A stretch of 64,000 bases of DNA, taken from assembly GCA_965203295.1 (NCBI GenBank), contig CBDBCZ010000017.1, forward strand, positions 1,344,001-1,408,000. Reading direction: 5' to 3'. The position numbers and the translations under genes are program-made. This document shows positions 48,023 to 64,000 of the stretch, one piece after another. Below the pieces are notes generated by a model that made no database searches, was not told the origin of the DNA, and saw only the letters and a list, made by a program, of their open reading frames with translations. This DNA is from Nitrospirales bacterium (lineage in GTDB: Bacteria > Nitrospirota > Nitrospiria > Nitrospirales > UBA8639). Position 1 is the first letter of the stretch. Each line of letters begins with the position of its first letter.

Positions 48023-48202
48023 CAGTGGAACCCCTCTACTGTGGACACCTTGGGGACCTGGTTTAGTGTCCTGTATAGAGAGGTGTCCTCATTTCAGGGA
48101 TAAATTTATACTAAAAAACATATTTGGGACATAGCAAGTTGTCCTTAAGTACAGAGGTATGTGTCCTTATTTCAGGGGTGTCCTTTAAGAGGGGTTCCGC
48201 TG
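48023..48202. mobile_element. CAGTGGAACC-family MITE
   Basis: ta|cagtggaacccctct...agaggggttccgctg|ta. Confidence 0.85.
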
Positions 48203-49021
48203 TAGCTTGGGTTGTGGCATTCCATGCTTGTATCTTCTGTTGTAGCTAGGCAGTGAGCATCACAATGACCCCCACTCACTACCCTACCATATGGTCATTG
48301 TTCCCTGTCTGAGCCTTGTTTCTTGCCCCAGCCCTGCCAAACCATAGCTCTATACAAAACATTGTTCATCTCCTGGAATAGTGGTATAATTGTGGTGGAG
48401 TAGGATACATGCGTGTACTACATGCAAACGTTATTGTTTGTGTAAAAGAAGCCATGTTGTATGTGTGTTAGAGAGTATGTTTGTTAGAGAGTACTTGTAC
48501 ATGTAGGTCTAAAGTGTAGGGGTAAACATGCTAATAGCTTTCAGTTACACAAAGAACAGCCAGTAGGCCTGGTAAGTGATTTCAGTCACAATTGAAGGCC
48601 AAAGGGGGTGAAAGGTCGTAGAAAGGTAATTATAGAGCCTGGGTGAGCACAGTTGCCTTTACTATTATGATATGTGAGGTAAAAGGAGGCACTAAATGGA
48701 GAAAATACATGAAAAAGTGCATGTTTTTGTGCTTTCATGTAAATTTTAAACATGAAAGCACAAAAACATAATATGTAAAATTTTCATTAAGTGCCTCCTT
48801 TTACCCCCCATTACATCGTAATGGTAAAGGGTCTATTACCACAGTTCGAAACAAAGTCTACATAGCCATAGATAAAATTAATGTAGAGAAACATAGCCAT
48901 CTTTCGCATCGGTCCTTACCCACACACAATCACGTGACTTTAAATATGCTCATCCCACAATGCCCTGCATTCACCTAGTGCATGCAGTCTATCTGCTTGC
49001 AGAGTGTGACCTACCAAGCTA

Positions 49022-49367
49022 TAGCCTCGTTCCCAGGCCCGCGACTTTTTTGGTTGCATGAAGGAAAGTCACGGGGCCTGGTATCTGGGCTCCAATTATA
49101 ATTGCTCAACTTACGTTATTATTCACTTTGAAAGACATTTTACCAGAGACTTTCTTTCAGCGGTAAGTCTATTGTACAGACAGGCTGTGAAGATAAGCTA
49201 CAGGAAGTCTTAACTCGTTACTCGAGAATTGCAACTGTACTCGCCCACGCTCGTTATTACCCTTCTACTACCCTTCTACTCGTGGCCTTGCACACTTGAC
49301 TTTAGATCCCAGGCCCTGTGACAGCTTTCATGTAACTAAAAATGGCGTGGGCCTGGGAACAAGACTA
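49022..49367. mobile_element. TAG...CTA non-autonomous DNA transposon, long subfamily
   Basis: tagcctcgttcccaggccc ... gggcctgggaacaagacta. Confidence 0.82.
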
Positions 49368-49682
49368 CTCACTCTTTGAAAAGCCTCTGGGTGCTATACA
49401 GAGTAGGGTAGCAAGTAAACAAAGGAAGGCCTTCGTCCGAACTCTCCAGTGGGCAAACAGAAGTGCCACAAAAGCTCCTTACACCAAAGCACTCTCTGCA
49501 TTTGTTTTGTGGCTGTTACAAGTCTTCTACCCACTATTGGTAAATGGGAATCCCTAATCTACCCTCCTTAGACCTCCACCCCAGATTTTGTGCTTTGCTT
49601 TGCTGGGATGACAGGGAAGGAAAAGGCTGTAAGACGAGCGACAACAGCGGGGGGGGGGGGGGGGGGGGGGGGGGGGAGAGTG

Positions 49683-49952
49683 CTGGGAATGAGGCTGAGA
49701 TGTGGCCTGGGAATGAGGCTAAGTACTAGCCTGGCCTGGGAATGAGGCTGAGATGTGGCCTGGGAATGAGGCTAAGTACTAGCCTGGCCTGGGAATGAGG
49801 CTGAGATGTGGCCTGGGAATGAGGCTAAGCACTAGCCTGGCCTGGGAACGAGGCTGAGATGTGGCCTGGGAACGAGGTTAAGATCTAGTCTGGCCTGGGA
49901 ATGAGGCTAAGTACTAGCCTGGCCTGGGAACGAGGCTGGGGAACAAGGCTAA
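49683..49952. repeat. Dimeric 53-bp minisatellite built of CCTGGGAATGAGGCT motifs
   Basis: cctgggaatgaggctgagatgtgg + cctgggaatgaggctaagtactagcctgg, ~4.5 units. Confidence 0.9.
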
Positions 49953-50479
49953 GCGCAATAAGCAGATATCTCATGACATAATTATACTCTAATAATGATG
50001 ATAGTTTTTCACCTGTATGCACTCTGCAAAGGTAATGGCTGCCATATTACCTAGCAGTTGCAGCAGAGGGATAATATTTGTGTAACAATGGTTATTGTAC
50101 AATTTTAACCCTCCTTCGTAAAAACTTTGCACTTTGAAGACATGTAAAAACTTAAAGTGTGGTTGACTCCTTATAGGATAAATTATATGTGCACTGCATG
50201 CTTTTCTGTTCTGTTCATGCTAGTGTGAATATGAGGCTTGGGGGTGGGTAGAGCTATATCCCATATTATGGTATGTGCATTAGAGTATTTGTTGATTATT
50301 CATAGTTCCTAGAAATGAGATTCAGTTGCTGGGAAATGAATTTCAGACCCTGTTTTTTGGGACTGGATGTCTATATGGTACACCTGTTCTTGGTAAGTCA
50401 GAATACAGCCACTCTGCTGTATCACCCCTGGTGATTTCTGGCTAATCACAGTCACACACACGCACTGAGAGACAGACAT

Positions 50480-50521
<42 letters not shown>

Positions 50522-50589
50522 CGACAAACAGACAGACAGACACCCACCCACCCACCCACTCACAACACAGACGCATGCACACACAATAT

Positions 50590-50985
50590 GCAAATTCTAT
50601 TGCTGCCGCTAAGCAGTCACGCGCACCTGGCAAAGCCAGGCTGCTAGTGCACTAAGCAAGCACTATGAGCCAATACTAGCAAACTCCTGGAGCCGGGCTA
50701 GGAGCTCGCAGGAGGACTGACTGCTTCTCTCGGCATCTGGTGTGGGCACCCGAAGTCCCACCTGGACCAAGGCTGATACATGAGAGCAGTCAATTAAATT
50801 TGCACCCCAGCAAATGCCAGGTACCCATTACAGCTGGGTGGGCTGGTGTGTACTGGTGACATGAGATGGCAATTCACAGCAAATAAATGATGGAAAGAAA
50901 AGACAGTCACCAGTTGTCAAAAGTGGGATTTAAACCACCAACATTTGGGTTGTGAGTCCAGTGCTCTAACCACTACACCACTCTG
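50590..50985 (-). mobile_element. tRNA-derived SINE, full length
   Basis: The minus strand begins with a tRNA-like head (gagtggtgtagtggttagagcactggactcacaacccaa...ggtttaaatcccac, A/B-box-like). The body contains cacccagctgtaatgggtacc and ends in a simple-repeat tail. The body is nearly identical to 52088-52408. Confidence 0.8.
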
Positions 50986-51005
50986 ACACACACTGAGACA
51001 CACAT

Positions 51006-51091
<86 letters not shown>

Positions 51092-51395
51092 AGAGAGACT
51101 GTCACTGTAAAAGTGTGTACACAGCATGAAATCTGATAGCTGGATCAGATAACACTTGCTATTGGTATCCACTAATGGATTCATTATCCCATTGCCAGTA
51201 CAAACCCACAATAGTATAACCACTACCAAATAAGGGATACACCCTCTAAGGAGTGTGCTTTATATTCAAACAGATGTGGGGACTTCAGTCTAGTGTCGGA
51301 GGCATGTTGGGGTAGACTTTCAGGGCATTACATCATGGTTTCACTTGATCTCCAACCGGAAGTATTTTCTGATTGCGATGTGACTGTTTATTTAA

Positions 51396-51761
51396 TTTGG
51401 GCGAGCATGAGCGAGCCCCAAACTAGGCGTGTTCGATTAAAAATTTCTCTGTGTGTGCATGCATGTGGTCCACATACACATAGCATTTGCATCCATGATC
51501 CAATTTAACTTATTCGCGTGGCCATGCAGTTTTTTTTTTGTGCCTGCATGCACTACTGCAGCAAGAAAGGGAGACTACCACTAGGTTATGGCGGGAAGGA
51601 AGCCGATATTACAGGTCACCAACAAGCTTCGCGAGGGGTGGGCTAGAGCTAGTAGAGCTGTCCACTATATTTGCGTGCCAGTCTACAGACCGTCGACCGG
51701 CAAGCCTCAACCACACTGCAACAGACTCACACTCGCCCCGTAGTGCTTTGCATTCACCTAG
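51396..51761 (+). mobile_element. Helitron/Helentron-like non-autonomous repeat
   Basis: 5' ttgggcgagcatgagcgagcccca, subterminal inverted cactcgcccc, 3' tgctttgcattcacCTAG. A related 5' part lies at ~45267-45555 and a 3' end at ~48945-48979. Confidence 0.6.
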
Positions 51762-52087
51762 GGTGGATACTAGTGGAATAATTATCCGATAACTCCAAAA
51801 GTATTGCGTGCATGCGCTCGCTGCGTCTTTCTCTAGATCTCCTTAGAGATATGTACAGCCTTGCTTATCCCTGCTGTAGGACCACAACTATTGCTGCCAG
51901 AATTTTAACTCACTCAATTTTTTGTGGCGTGTTTGATAATTATTAATCTGCGAAAACAATAGTGACCAGTGTTGTCATGTACGCAAATTGGGTAAATGCC
52001 GCATGTACGTAAATATTTACACACATACACACACACACACACACACACTTACACTTACACTTACACTTACACAAATGCAAAAAAAAA

Positions 52088-52439
<352 letters not shown>

Positions 52440-52526
52440 ACACTTACACACACACACTCACACTCACACGCACACACACACACACGCACTTAAACACATG
52501 CACGCACACTCATACAGCCGACAGCG

Positions 52527-64000
<11,474 letters not shown>

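Noticed and set aside
50920..50985. Functional tRNA-Val(CAC) on the minus strand
   Set aside because: The T-loop and stems are degenerate and it is joined to a repeated SINE body.

Overview
This is eukaryotic (animal) genomic DNA with spliceosomal introns and TTAGGG repeats. The gene and repeat content is most consistent with a sponge, which is an inference. Two conserved genes could be reconstructed exon by exon from GT-AG junctions with consistent phases. They are STK33 (minus strand, 9 coding exons, 460 aa, 20582-31437) and the 5' part of ZMIZ1 (plus strand, at least 14 exons from 52527, running off the window end). The left 20 kb is a fast-evolving duplication zone. It holds a frameshifted membrane-anchored SRPBCC-like gene, a tandem cluster of intronless Cys-rich/multi-TM receptor-like genes (2 intact, 2 pseudogenes), two copies of an unrecognised 137-aa two-exon protein (predicted N-acylated, PH/GRAM-like, with a Cys string), and a decayed copy of the STK33 last exon. 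The rest is packed with non-autonomous DNA transposons (several with provable TSDs or empty sites), tRNA-derived SINEs and micro/minisatellites. Three patterns stand out. First, strand-polarised (CA)n tracts sit where the polypyrimidine tract should be at many 3' splice sites of both genes, with (GT)n after 5' splice sites. Second, at least five unrelated minisatellites are all built around the terminus of one TAG...CTA transposon family. Third, the duplicated acylated PH-like mini-gene appears to be uncharacterised. All calls are by eye; no database searches were run.
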